DNA of 64,000 nt from Vicinamibacterales bacterium (GTDB lineage Bacteria; Acidobacteriota; Vicinamibacteria; Vicinamibacterales; UBA8438): contig CBDATI010000063.1 in NCBI GenBank assembly GCA_965199675.1, forward strand, positions 1,044 to 65,043, read 5' to 3'. The translations under genes and the position numbers were made by a program. The notes below the pieces were generated by a model. The model was not told the origin of the DNA, ran no database searches, and saw only the letters and a list, made by a program, of their open reading frames with translations. Below are positions 56,419 through 64,000 of this stretch, one piece after another. The first letter of the stretch is position 1. Each line of letters opens with the position of its first letter.

Positions 56419-57600
56419 ATGTCCATTCGCTCTGCCGCTCTTGCCCTGATCGCCGCCATCGCCGCTCCCGCCTTGCTGCCGGCCCCGGCCGACGCGGAGG
56501 AGCGCCTGGTGACCGTCGAGCGCTTCGTCCCCCACACGTCGACGGTGCCCGCCAACGAGGGCCGGCGGGTCGGTCTCTACCTGCGCGAGAAGGCTTCGGC
56601 CGAGGCGATGGCCCGGTTCGAGGCCGGCGCGGCGCCAGAGGGCCGCGTGGTGCTGTTCGTGCACGGGGGCTCCGTGCCGTCGGTGCCCGACTACGACCTC
56701 GACTACAAGGACTACAGTTGGATGGGCTTCCTGGCCGAGGCGGGGTTCGACACTTTCGCGATGGACCACACCGGCTACGGCCGGTCGCCGCGCCCGAAGA
56801 TGGACGACGCCTGCAACATGAGCGAATCGGACCAGGCGATCGTCACGCCGCATCCGCTGTCGGCGCCGTGCGAGCCGAGCTACCCGTTCGGATCGACCAC
56901 GGTGCAGTCCGACTGGGACGAGATCGACACCGTCGTCGACTACATCCGTGCCCTGCGGGGGGTCGAGCGGGTGAGCCTCGTGGGGTGGTCGGCCGGCGGC
57001 CGCCGCACCGGCGGCTACGCGGCGCGGCGCCCCGAGAAGGTGGACAAGCTCTTCCTGTTCGCGCCGGGCTACAGCCCCGAGGGGCCTTCGGATGCGCCGG
57101 GCGGGCTGCCCGCCGCGGGCGTGCCGATGCGGCTGCAGACGCGCGACACCCTCATGCACGGCCGATGGGAGGACAACGTCGCCTGCGAGAACCAGGTCGA
57201 CCCCGGTATTCGCGCGGCCATCTGGCGCACCATCCTGGCGTTCGACCCGCTGGGGTCGGTCTGGGGACCGCCCGAGGGGGTCATGCGGGTTCGGGCCGGC
57301 AACCCGTCGTGGGGCTGGAACCGGGAGTACGCCGCGAAGGTCACCGCGCCCACGATGATCGTGGTCGGCGAGCAGGACAACCCGACCGCCCGCGGCGTGC
57401 TCCACGCGGACCTGACCGGGACCGACTCGCGGGTTCTCGTGACCATGGCATGCGCCACCCACTTCGCGAACTGGGAGCGCGCGCAGTACAGGTTCATGCA
57501 CCGGGCGTCGCTCGAGTGGCTGGCCGAGGGCGCCTTCCGTGGACACCGCAACGGCGTGTACCGGGTGGGCGTCGACGGAGCGGAGCCGACGGGCGAGTGA
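56419..57600 (+). CDS. Secreted alpha/beta-fold hydrolase
   Basis: ATG 56419 follows GGGAGGTG. Signal peptide MSIRSAALALIAAIAAPALLPAPADA. VLFVHGG and the nucleophile elbow LVGWSAGG. Confidence 0.8.
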   Translation: MSIRSAALALIAAIAAPALLPAPADAEERLVTVERFVPHTSTVPANEGRRVGLYLREKASAEAMARFEAGAAPEGRVVLFVHGGSVPSVPDYDLDYKDYSWMGFLAEAGFDTFAMDHTGYGRSPRPKMDDACNMSESDQAIVTPHPLSAPCEPSYPFGSTTVQSDWDEIDTVVDYIRALRGVERVSLVGWSAGGRRTGGYAARRPEKVDKLFLFAPGYSPEGPSDAPGGLPAAGVPMRLQTRDTLMHGRWEDNVACENQVDPGIRAAIWRTILAFDPLGSVWGPPEGVMRVRAGNPSWGWNREYAAKVTAPTMIVVGEQDNPTARGVLHADLTGTDSRVLVTMACATHFANWERAQYRFMHRASLEWLAEGAFRGHRNGVYRVGVDGAEPTGE

Positions 57601-57604
57601 CGGC

Positions 57605-58222
57605 GTGACGACGCGAACGCGTTCAGGGGGCGTGTCGGCGGGGCCGACCCGCGGGTCGGGCGACCGCCGGCCGCCGGGGTGCGGCGGGGCCTTTCGTCAG
57701 AGGCTCCTGGCCGTGGCGCTGGTCGTGACGGCCGCCGCGGCGGCCGCCGCGCAGGGGTTCGTTTCACCCGCCGACGAGGCCGCCTTGCGCCGGCTCGTGC
57801 CCGACGCCGACCGCTTCGAGCTGCACGACGGGGGCGCGCGGCACTTCCGCGCTTTCGCGGCGCCCGCGGCCGGCGGCGTCCCGCGGCTGATCGCGCTCGC
57901 CTTCTTCACCACCGACCTCGCCCCGCGCATCTACGCCTACAAGGGGCGCATCGAGAGTCTGGTGGCGATGGACCCCGGCGGTCGACTCATCGGCGTGGAG
58001 GTGGTGCACCACTACGAGCCGTTCGGCTACTTCTCCATCGACCTGCCGGGGTTCACCCCCCAGTTTGCGGGCAAGAGCATCCTCGACCCCCTGGAGGTCG
58101 GCGGGGACATCGACGCCGTGTCCCGCGCCACCATCACCATGGAGGCGGCGACGCGCGCGATCCGGCAGGGCGCGAGACGGCTCGCCCGCGACTTCATCGC
58201 CGAGCAGAGCGCCGACCGCTGA
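57605..58222 (+). CDS. Periplasmic FMN_bind-domain protein, copy 2 (start uncertain)
   Basis: YKGRIESLVAMDPGGRLIGVEVVHHYEPFGYFSIDLPGFTPQFAGKSIL..GGDIDAVSRATITMEA, preceded by the hydrophobic LLAVALVVTAAAAAAAQG. GTG 57605 or GTG 57632 are possible starts. Confidence 0.65.
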   Translation: MTTRTRSGGVSAGPTRGSGDRRPPGCGGAFRQRLLAVALVVTAAAAAAAQGFVSPADEAALRRLVPDADRFELHDGGARHFRAFAAPAAGGVPRLIALAFFTTDLAPRIYAYKGRIESLVAMDPGGRLIGVEVVHHYEPFGYFSIDLPGFTPQFAGKSILDPLEVGGDIDAVSRATITMEAATRAIRQGARRLARDFIAEQSADR

Positions 58223-58238
58223 CCGGTCGTTCGAATCC

Positions 58239-59219
58239 ATGTCCGGCTTCTTCCGGCGCGCCGTCGTTCTCCTCGTGCTGCTGCTCTCGCCGGCGGCCAT
58301 TCCCGTCGCCGTCGCGCAACCGGACGAGGCCGCGCCGCCGCCGCTGTCGCTTGACGATCTGGCGGCCCTCGACGCGCTGCTCGAGGAGGACGAGGCGGAG
58401 TCCGCCGCCCTGCTCGATTCGGGCGCCGTCGTCGACGTCGCGGCGCTGGCGATCTTCTTCGCGTTCGCGGTGTTCAGCTTCGTGCGGAAGGACGACCGCC
58501 TGAAGGTCGTCAGTCTCGTGCTCGCCGTCGCGTACCTGGGTTTCTACAAGGCGAGCCTGGTGTCGGTCGTCGACATCTTCGGGGCGATGCGGGGGACGCT
58601 GCCCGCGTGGACGGACGGGCAGGCCTACTATCTGCTCATGGCGTTCACGCTGGCGTCGACGGTGCTGTGGGGGCGGCTGTACTGCGGGCGCATCTGCGCG
58701 TTCGGAGCGCTCACCCAGCTCATGGACCGGGTGGTGCCGGCGCGTCTCCGCGTCGAGCCGCCGGCGTGGCTCGATCGGCGGCTCGTCCTTCTCAAGTACG
58801 GAGTCCTCGCGGCCGCCGTCCTGTACGTCCTCGGCGGCGGCGATACCCTCGTGTACCGTTACATCGAGCCGTTCTGGATGTTCACGTTGAGCGGCGACGC
58901 GGTGATGTGGACGCTGCTCGCGCTGCTGCTCCTGGCCACGGTGTTCGTGCGCAACCTCTACTGCCGCTACCTGTGCGCAGTGGGGGCCGGACTCGGGCTG
59001 CTGTCCAACCTCACCGTCTTCCGCATCAAGCGGTGGCGCGAGTGCGACACCTGCAAGCTCTGTGAGAAGACGTGCGAGTGGGGCGCCATCGACGGCCCGA
59101 AGATCCTCGTCAGCGAGTGCGTGCGGTGCGACGACTGCGAGCGGCTCTACGCCGACGAGGACCGCTGTCCCCACTGGTTGATTCAGAAACGCGCCGCCGC
59201 CCGTGCGGCCCGCGGGTGA
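58239..59219 (+). CDS. NapH/NosR-type integral-membrane polyferredoxin (2 x C-x3-C membrane motifs + 2 x [4Fe-4S] motifs)
   Basis: ATG 58239. Several transmembrane segments. LYCGRICAFG and LYCRYLCAVG. C-terminal CDTCKLCEKTCEWG and CVRCDDCERLYADEDRCP. Confidence 0.8.
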   Translation: MSGFFRRAVVLLVLLLSPAAIPVAVAQPDEAAPPPLSLDDLAALDALLEEDEAESAALLDSGAVVDVAALAIFFAFAVFSFVRKDDRLKVVSLVLAVAYLGFYKASLVSVVDIFGAMRGTLPAWTDGQAYYLLMAFTLASTVLWGRLYCGRICAFGALTQLMDRVVPARLRVEPPAWLDRRLVLLKYGVLAAAVLYVLGGGDTLVYRYIEPFWMFTLSGDAVMWTLLALLLLATVFVRNLYCRYLCAVGAGLGLLSNLTVFRIKRWRECDTCKLCEKTCEWGAIDGPKILVSECVRCDDCERLYADEDRCPHWLIQKRAAARAARG

Positions 59220-59239
59220 GCCGTGTTCAGGAGGACGCC

Positions 59240-59755
59240 GTGAAACCGAGCCGCCCCGCCGTCACGTTTCGCCGCCCCGGCGCCCTGCGCGCGTCGGCGT
59301 GCTCACCGACCGGGAGGCGACGCCGGCCCCTGCCCACTGCGGGGGGGCGCCTCGCCGCCGCCCTGCTGATGGCGGGGTCGGCGGCCGCGGCGGCGGCCGG
59401 GCAGGGGCGGACGGTCTGGGACGGCGTGTACACCGCCGAGCAGGCGCGGCGGGGCGCCGCCGCCTACGAGCAGGCGTGCGCCGAGTGCCACGGGGCCGAC
59501 CTCGGCGGTGGAGACATGGCGCCGGGTCTGGCCGGTGTGCAGTTCGTCTACAACTGGCACGGGTTCACGGCCCGCGACCTCTTCGAACGGCTGCGGGTGT
59601 CGATGCCCCCGGACCGGCCCAACCGCGTGAGCCGGCAGGACAAGGCCGACATCCTCGCGTTCATGCTCGAAGCGAACGGCATGCCCGCCGGCGACGCGGA
59701 GCTGGCCAGCCGGACCGGCCCCCTCGGCGCCATCCAGTTCCTCGCCGAACCGTAG
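59240..59755 (+). CDS. Mono-heme c-type cytochrome
   Basis: GTG 59240 follows CAGGAGGA. Hydrophobic leader ..LAAALLMAGSAAAAAAG. Heme motif ACAECHGADLGGG. Confidence 0.75.
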   Translation: MKPSRPAVTFRRPGALRASACSPTGRRRRPLPTAGGRLAAALLMAGSAAAAAAGQGRTVWDGVYTAEQARRGAAAYEQACAECHGADLGGGDMAPGLAGVQFVYNWHGFTARDLFERLRVSMPPDRPNRVSRQDKADILAFMLEANGMPAGDAELASRTGPLGAIQFLAEP

Positions 59756-59980
59756 CGCCTGCCGTTGCGGTAGGGTCCTACCGACGGTGGAGTCCGGATG
59801 CGTTCTGCGCGGCTTCGATGGTCCGCACCTTGCCGACCAGGTTGTCCTGCCCGCGCTGAACGCGATCGATGCCCGCCGCCGCATAGACCGCGGTGAGGAC
59901 GTCGAGCACGATTCGCCGTTCCATATCGTCGAATCACCTCGAACGTCACCCGCGGCAAGTTCCCCACGCCCGAGCGAATC

Positions 59981-61312
59981 TCAGTCGGCGGCCACCTCGC
60001 GGGGCGGGGGCGATTGAATCGCCTTGGCGGCGGCCCAGAGGGCGCCGATCATCAGCAGCAGGAGCACCATCCACCCCATCGCGCCGGTGAACATCGCCCG
60101 GCTGAACGCCGCCCAGGTGATCGGAAACTGCGTGAGCACCCCCCACCGGTCGGTCATCCAGTGCCAGCTCGTGTGCGCAACGAGCGTCGACAGCAGGATG
60201 GTGCCGACCTTCTCCGCCACCACGTGGCGGAAGAGCAAGTGGAGGGCCGGCACCAGCACCGCCAGGACGAGGAGCTGGCCGAGCTCGACCCCGATGTTGA
60301 ACGACAGCAGCGACGTCAGGAGGTGCGAGCCCGCGAACTGCAGGGTCTCGCGCAGGGCGAACGAGAAGCCGAACCCGTGCACCAGCCCGAAGAGGAACGT
60401 GATGGTCCACCGGCGTTGCACGTTGGCCCCGAGGATGTTCTCGATGGCCATGTACACGATGGACATCGCGATGAGGGTCTCGACCATCGGCGGGAACCAC
60501 AGCGCATCGGGCGCGAGGTCGTAGGCCGAGGCGATCAGGGTCACGGAGTGCGCGACGGTGAACGCGGTCACGATGATCGCCAGGGGCTTGAACTTGCGGA
60601 ACGGGATGACGAGGCAGGCCAGGAACAGCAGGTGGTCGGTGCCGCCGAGGATGTGCTCGAAACCCATCGCCACGAACCGGAACGCGGCCTGGTGCCAGCG
60701 CGGGTCGAGGCGGACGACGCCGGGGTCGCCGCGCAGCTCGAACACGCGCTCGGCCCCGCCGGGCGGCAGGAACCGCAGGACGGTGACGACCCGCAGGCCC
60801 ATCCGCTCGAAGCTCGGGCGGATCGAGAAGTCCGACCGGTCTGACTGGATCTCGAAGTCGAAGAGGACGTCGAGCATCGCCTGCTGCCAGACTATCTGGG
60901 TGTCGGCGGGCAGCAGCGGGCCTTGGACGTGGGCGAGCGCGGCCTCCCAGGTCTCGAACGAGCGGTTCGACGGCAGCGAGATCCTGATGGCGGCGATGGC
61001 TGGCTCGGGCAGGGGGGCGTCGTTCTCGAAGATGCGGACCTCCTGCCCCATCCACACCATCGCGGCGTCGGTGAACTCGTCGCGCTCGCGCGCCCGCTCG
61101 AAGTCGAGGTAGCCCGGCCCGTAGGTCGGGAACGCCATGTCCGACAGCGCTTCGAGGGGCACCCGCACGAGGAGGCGCAGCCGCTGCCCCTCGGGCTTGA
61201 CGAACGCCTGCACCGTCACGTCGCCGGGGATGTCGTGAGCCGACTGGGTGGCGGGCAGCGACAGGAGCAGACCGACGACGGCGAGGCCGCGGACGAGGAG
61301 CCCCCGAGGCAA
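59981..61312 (-). CDS. HupE/UreJ_2-type membrane protein with a large N-terminal periplasmic domain (start uncertain)
   Basis: Candidate TTG 61312 gives MPRGLLVRGLAVVGLLLSLPATQSA followed by HD. Core FEHILGGTDHLLFLACLVI, AFTVAHSVTL, FGLVHGFGFSFAL, FNIGVELGQ. Same architecture as 15510-16496. Confidence 0.75.
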   Translation of the reverse strand: MPRGLLVRGLAVVGLLLSLPATQSAHDIPGDVTVQAFVKPEGQRLRLLVRVPLEALSDMAFPTYGPGYLDFERARERDEFTDAAMVWMGQEVRIFENDAPLPEPAIAAIRISLPSNRSFETWEAALAHVQGPLLPADTQIVWQQAMLDVLFDFEIQSDRSDFSIRPSFERMGLRVVTVLRFLPPGGAERVFELRGDPGVVRLDPRWHQAAFRFVAMGFEHILGGTDHLLFLACLVIPFRKFKPLAIIVTAFTVAHSVTLIASAYDLAPDALWFPPMVETLIAMSIVYMAIENILGANVQRRWTITFLFGLVHGFGFSFALRETLQFAGSHLLTSLLSFNIGVELGQLLVLAVLVPALHLLFRHVVAEKVGTILLSTLVAHTSWHWMTDRWGVLTQFPITWAAFSRAMFTGAMGWMVLLLLMIGALWAAAKAIQSPPPREVAAD

Positions 61313-61661
61313 TCGCCGCGGCCGGCCGCCGGCGCCGGGGTCGCGGCCCGGCCGATGGCCTCCTCCGGAGGACTGGGGTGCGCGGGCGTTTCGGATGGAG
61401 TCGCCGGGCACGGGGCGTTCACGGGCTGGCACGGAAAAGGTGGCGCAATTCATGAGGTTTACAAGTATACTGGCGACCCCCGTCCGGCGGGCCATGGCGC
61501 CCCCGGTTCGTACGGGGCGGCCGGGGACTCGTTGGGAGCGGCCCGGTTGGAGTTGCGGTTCCGTCGTGCGCGTCGCGGGCCCGACGTGGCCCCGGTGGCA
61601 CGAAGGCAGGTGGTAGCCGGTGCGGGTCGGCGCAGAGCGCCGGGTTCAAGGAGGCATGTCG

Positions 61662-62939
61662 ATGAATCGGAAGCAGCATCTTCTTTTCGCGGGCGCCTTG
61701 GCGGCGGCAGCGCTGGTCGTGGTGGCCGCCACCGGCGCGCAGGAGCAGGGCGGCGGGAGCGCCGCGCTCTCGATGGACCCGAATGACGGCGTCCCGACGT
61801 TCGAGGTCGATCCGCTGTTTCCCAAGAACCTGCCGAACCACTGGCTGATGGGGCCGACCATCGGGGTCGACGTCGATGCGGACGACCACATCTGGATCGT
61901 GCATCGGAACACCCCCGATCAGTTCGTTCGCAACACCGAGATCGGCATGACCACCGACCCGCCGGTCGCCGAGTGCTGCCAGCCCGGTCCCCCCGTCCTC
62001 GAGTTCGACCAGGAGGGCAACCTCCTGCAGGCGTGGGGCGGCCCCGGCACCGAGACCGGTGACTACACGTGGCCGGTGTCGAACCACGGGATTGCCATCG
62101 ACGGCATGAACAACGTCTGGATCGGCGGCAACGGCGGCCCCGACTCGCACGTGGTGAAGTTCGACCACCAGGGCAACTTCCTGATGCAGGTCGGCGTTGC
62201 CGGCGCCCGCATGACTGGCCCCGTCAGCGAGCGCACGGGTCAGGCGACCCCGCAGCGCGACAGCCATTCCACCGACAGCTTCGGCCGGGTCGCCGAGATC
62301 GGGATCGACAACGAGGCCAACGAGGCGTACTTCGCCGACGGCTACTTCAACCGCCGGGTCGCGGTCGTCGACCAGGACACCGGCGAGGTCAAGCGTTTCT
62401 GGGGCGCCTATGGCAACGAGCCGGACGACAGCCTCGACATCGGCCGCTACGAGCCCGGCGGTGATCCCGCCTCGCAGTTCCGCGGTCCCGTGCACTGCGC
62501 GGTCATCTCCGACGACGGCCTCGTGTACGTCTGCGACCGGGCGGAAGACCGCATCCAGATCTTCCAGAAGGACGGGACGTTCGTGTCCGAGCACATCGTG
62601 GCCCCGCTGACCCGCTCGCAGGGTTCGACGTGGGACCTCGCCTTCTCGCACGATCCCGAGCAGCGCTGGATGTACCTGGCCGACGGCCAGAACATGAAGG
62701 TCTACATCATTCAGCGCGACACGATGGAAGTGCTCACCGCGTTCGGCGACGGCGGGCGTCAGCCGGGCATGTTCTTCGCGGTGCACAGCATCGCCACCGA
62801 CTCGGACGGCAACATCTACACCACCGAGACCTATGAGGGGTCGCGGCTGCAGAAGTTCGTCTTCAAGGGCTACGGCCCGGTGCCGGAAGGCGCGGAGGGC
62901 ATCAACAGCCAGGGCGTGCTCTGGCCGACCGGGAACTAG
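61662..62939 (+). CDS. Secreted NHL-repeat beta-propeller protein
   Basis: ATG 61662 lies 7 nt after AAGGAGG (the ATG at 61656 is too close). Signal peptide. Repeated blades (HGIAIDGMNNVWIG, VAEIGIDNEANEAYFADGYFNRRVAVVD, VHCAVISDDGLVYVCDRAEDRIQIF, VHSIATDSDGNIYTTE). Confidence 0.8.
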   Translation: MNRKQHLLFAGALAAAALVVVAATGAQEQGGGSAALSMDPNDGVPTFEVDPLFPKNLPNHWLMGPTIGVDVDADDHIWIVHRNTPDQFVRNTEIGMTTDPPVAECCQPGPPVLEFDQEGNLLQAWGGPGTETGDYTWPVSNHGIAIDGMNNVWIGGNGGPDSHVVKFDHQGNFLMQVGVAGARMTGPVSERTGQATPQRDSHSTDSFGRVAEIGIDNEANEAYFADGYFNRRVAVVDQDTGEVKRFWGAYGNEPDDSLDIGRYEPGGDPASQFRGPVHCAVISDDGLVYVCDRAEDRIQIFQKDGTFVSEHIVAPLTRSQGSTWDLAFSHDPEQRWMYLADGQNMKVYIIQRDTMEVLTAFGDGGRQPGMFFAVHSIATDSDGNIYTTETYEGSRLQKFVFKGYGPVPEGAEGINSQGVLWPTGN

Positions 62940-62950
62940 ACGCTTTGGGA

Positions 62951-62986
62951 CCGGGGTCTGCGCCGGCGAAGCGGCGCGGACCCCGG
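62951..62986 (+). terminator. Long GC hairpin 12 nt after the NHL gene stop
   Basis: CCGGGGTCTGCGCCG-GCGAAG-CGGCGCGGACCCCGG, a 15-bp stem with one G-U pair. No U-tract. Confidence 0.45.
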
Positions 62987-63238
62987 GACGCCGTTGGCGC
63001 CACACGGGGACGGCGATTGGCGGCCGGCGGCTGCGGGGGCGGAGTGGACCGACCGTCGGCCTTCGCGATCCGTGGTCAGGGTTGACGTTCCAGGGTGCGG
63101 GCCTTTGCGTTGGCGCCCCGGAGGCGTTCGGGCAGTCGAGATGGTGAGGCCGGTTACCGCAGGCACGCGGGGCCGGCCTTTCGTGTTGGAGCGGAGGCCG
63201 CGTTGGCAGGCTCGGCCCTTACCAGGGAGTGAAGGTCG

Positions 63239-63682
63239 ATGATTCGATGGTCGCGTGCTGAGGTTCTGATGTCGGGTGTGTTTGCGGCGCTGATCGCGGG
63301 CGCCGGCTCTGCAGCCGTGGCGCAGGAGGCGCTCACGACGGAGACGTACGGCCCGGCGATGAGTGAGATCCGACTCATCGTGGGCGACGCCGAGCTGCAC
63401 ACGGACGCGCGGTACTGGCCCGAACTGGGGGAGGACCTCGACAAGCTGTTTCCGATGTTCCGCCAGATCGAGGCGTTCTGGAGCGAGCGGGGCAACGACG
63501 ACGCGGTCGCCAAGACGCTGACGACCATCGAGGCGCTCAGGGAGATCGGCAACGCCGGCATCGCGATGGACCAGGGTGGCGCTCGGTCTGGCATCAGGGC
63601 CCTGCGCGCGACGTGCCAATCGTGCCACGACGCGCACCGCGAGGAGACCGCTGACGGCTACCGGATCAAGCCGGGATCGTAG
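63239..63682 (+). CDS. Class II (cytochrome c-prime / c556-like) four-helix-bundle cytochrome
   Basis: 147-aa ORF with a signal peptide (..FAALIAGAGSAAVAQE) and a single CXXCH close to the C-terminus (ATCQSCHDAHRE). This placement is the hallmark of class II cytochromes c. Confidence 0.65.
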   Translation: MIRWSRAEVLMSGVFAALIAGAGSAAVAQEALTTETYGPAMSEIRLIVGDAELHTDARYWPELGEDLDKLFPMFRQIEAFWSERGNDDAVAKTLTTIEALREIGNAGIAMDQGGARSGIRALRATCQSCHDAHREETADGYRIKPGS

Positions 63683-63934
63683 CGCGGTGCCGCGCTGCCC
63701 CCGACCGGCGGCAGGGTTGCCGGGACGGCGGCGCGGTTCCTGGGCCTCGGCGAGGCGCGGCGCCATGGCCGGGCCGTCCGGGGTCGAGCTGCGGCGTTTC
63801 GCGCCGACGACACCGGGGGCGGCTCGGTTCTCACTTTCGGCGGGTGGACGGTGACGGCGCGGCGTCGCGTGGCCGCCTGCGCCTTCGCGGGTGTGTCGGC
63901 GTCCGTGTGCGGAGGTCTTCTGATGAAGGAGTCG

Positions 63935-64000
63935 ATGATGCGACGACCGCTCTTGCGTACGGCGGCGGCGGTGTTCGGTGTCGTTCTGGGCGCGGCGGCG
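63935..64000 (+). CDS. 5' end of a secreted protein gene (truncated by the window edge)
   Basis: AAGGAG, then ATGATG at 63935/63938. MMRRPLLRTAAAVFGVVLGAAA looks like a signal peptide. Confidence 0.4.
   Translation, partial: MMRRPLLRTAAAVFGVVLGAAA

Overview
Very GC-rich (about 70% by eye) bacterial chromosomal segment of Gram-negative type: it has a TonB-dependent receptor, outer-membrane barrels and many Sec/TAT signal peptides. The taxon cannot be determined from the sequence alone. I support about 45 protein genes, one cobalamin riboswitch, several gene remnants and a few small repeats. I saw no rRNA, tRNA, CRISPR array or intact mobile element. Most of the long ORFs in the six-frame track are Arg/Ala/Gly/Pro-rich antisense or out-of-frame shadows of real genes, as expected at this GC content. 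The window is dominated by exported enzymes and periplasmic redox proteins. These include two PQQ quinoprotein dehydrogenases (one decayed), a PQQ sugar dehydrogenase, sulfatase, amidase, D-aminoacylase, asparaginase II, a signal-peptide KatG, a TAT-exported HAD dehalogenase and an IorAB-type molybdoenzyme. There is also a standard B12 salvage/remodelling locus (cbiZ-cobD divergent from riboswitch-pduO-btuFCD). Five parts have no described function and are the candidates for something new. (1) 53.1-59.8 kb: a divergent gene pair of operons with a NosR-like module split into separate FMN_bind and NapH-like polyferredoxin genes, plus cytochrome c, an alpha/beta hydrolase and an uncharacterised 730-aa CarboxypepD_reg/heme/probable-propeller protein. 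(2) 19.4-21.9 kb: two tandem Cys-rich di-heme paralogs upstream of a DUF3604 / parvulin / HupE trio. (3) Four paralogs of a secreted family with the invariant motifs DRC, YNNN, WEGDTLV and EYACHEG, two of them in an operon with an outer-membrane channel. (4) A roughly 1350-aa propeller / di-heme / PQQ-sugar-dehydrogenase fusion with one frame disruption. (5) Decay scars: an integrase fragment, a DUF4351 fragment, a decayed vapBC, two aspC remnants and duplicated 5' leaders. All functional calls rest on motif recognition by eye. No database search was run.
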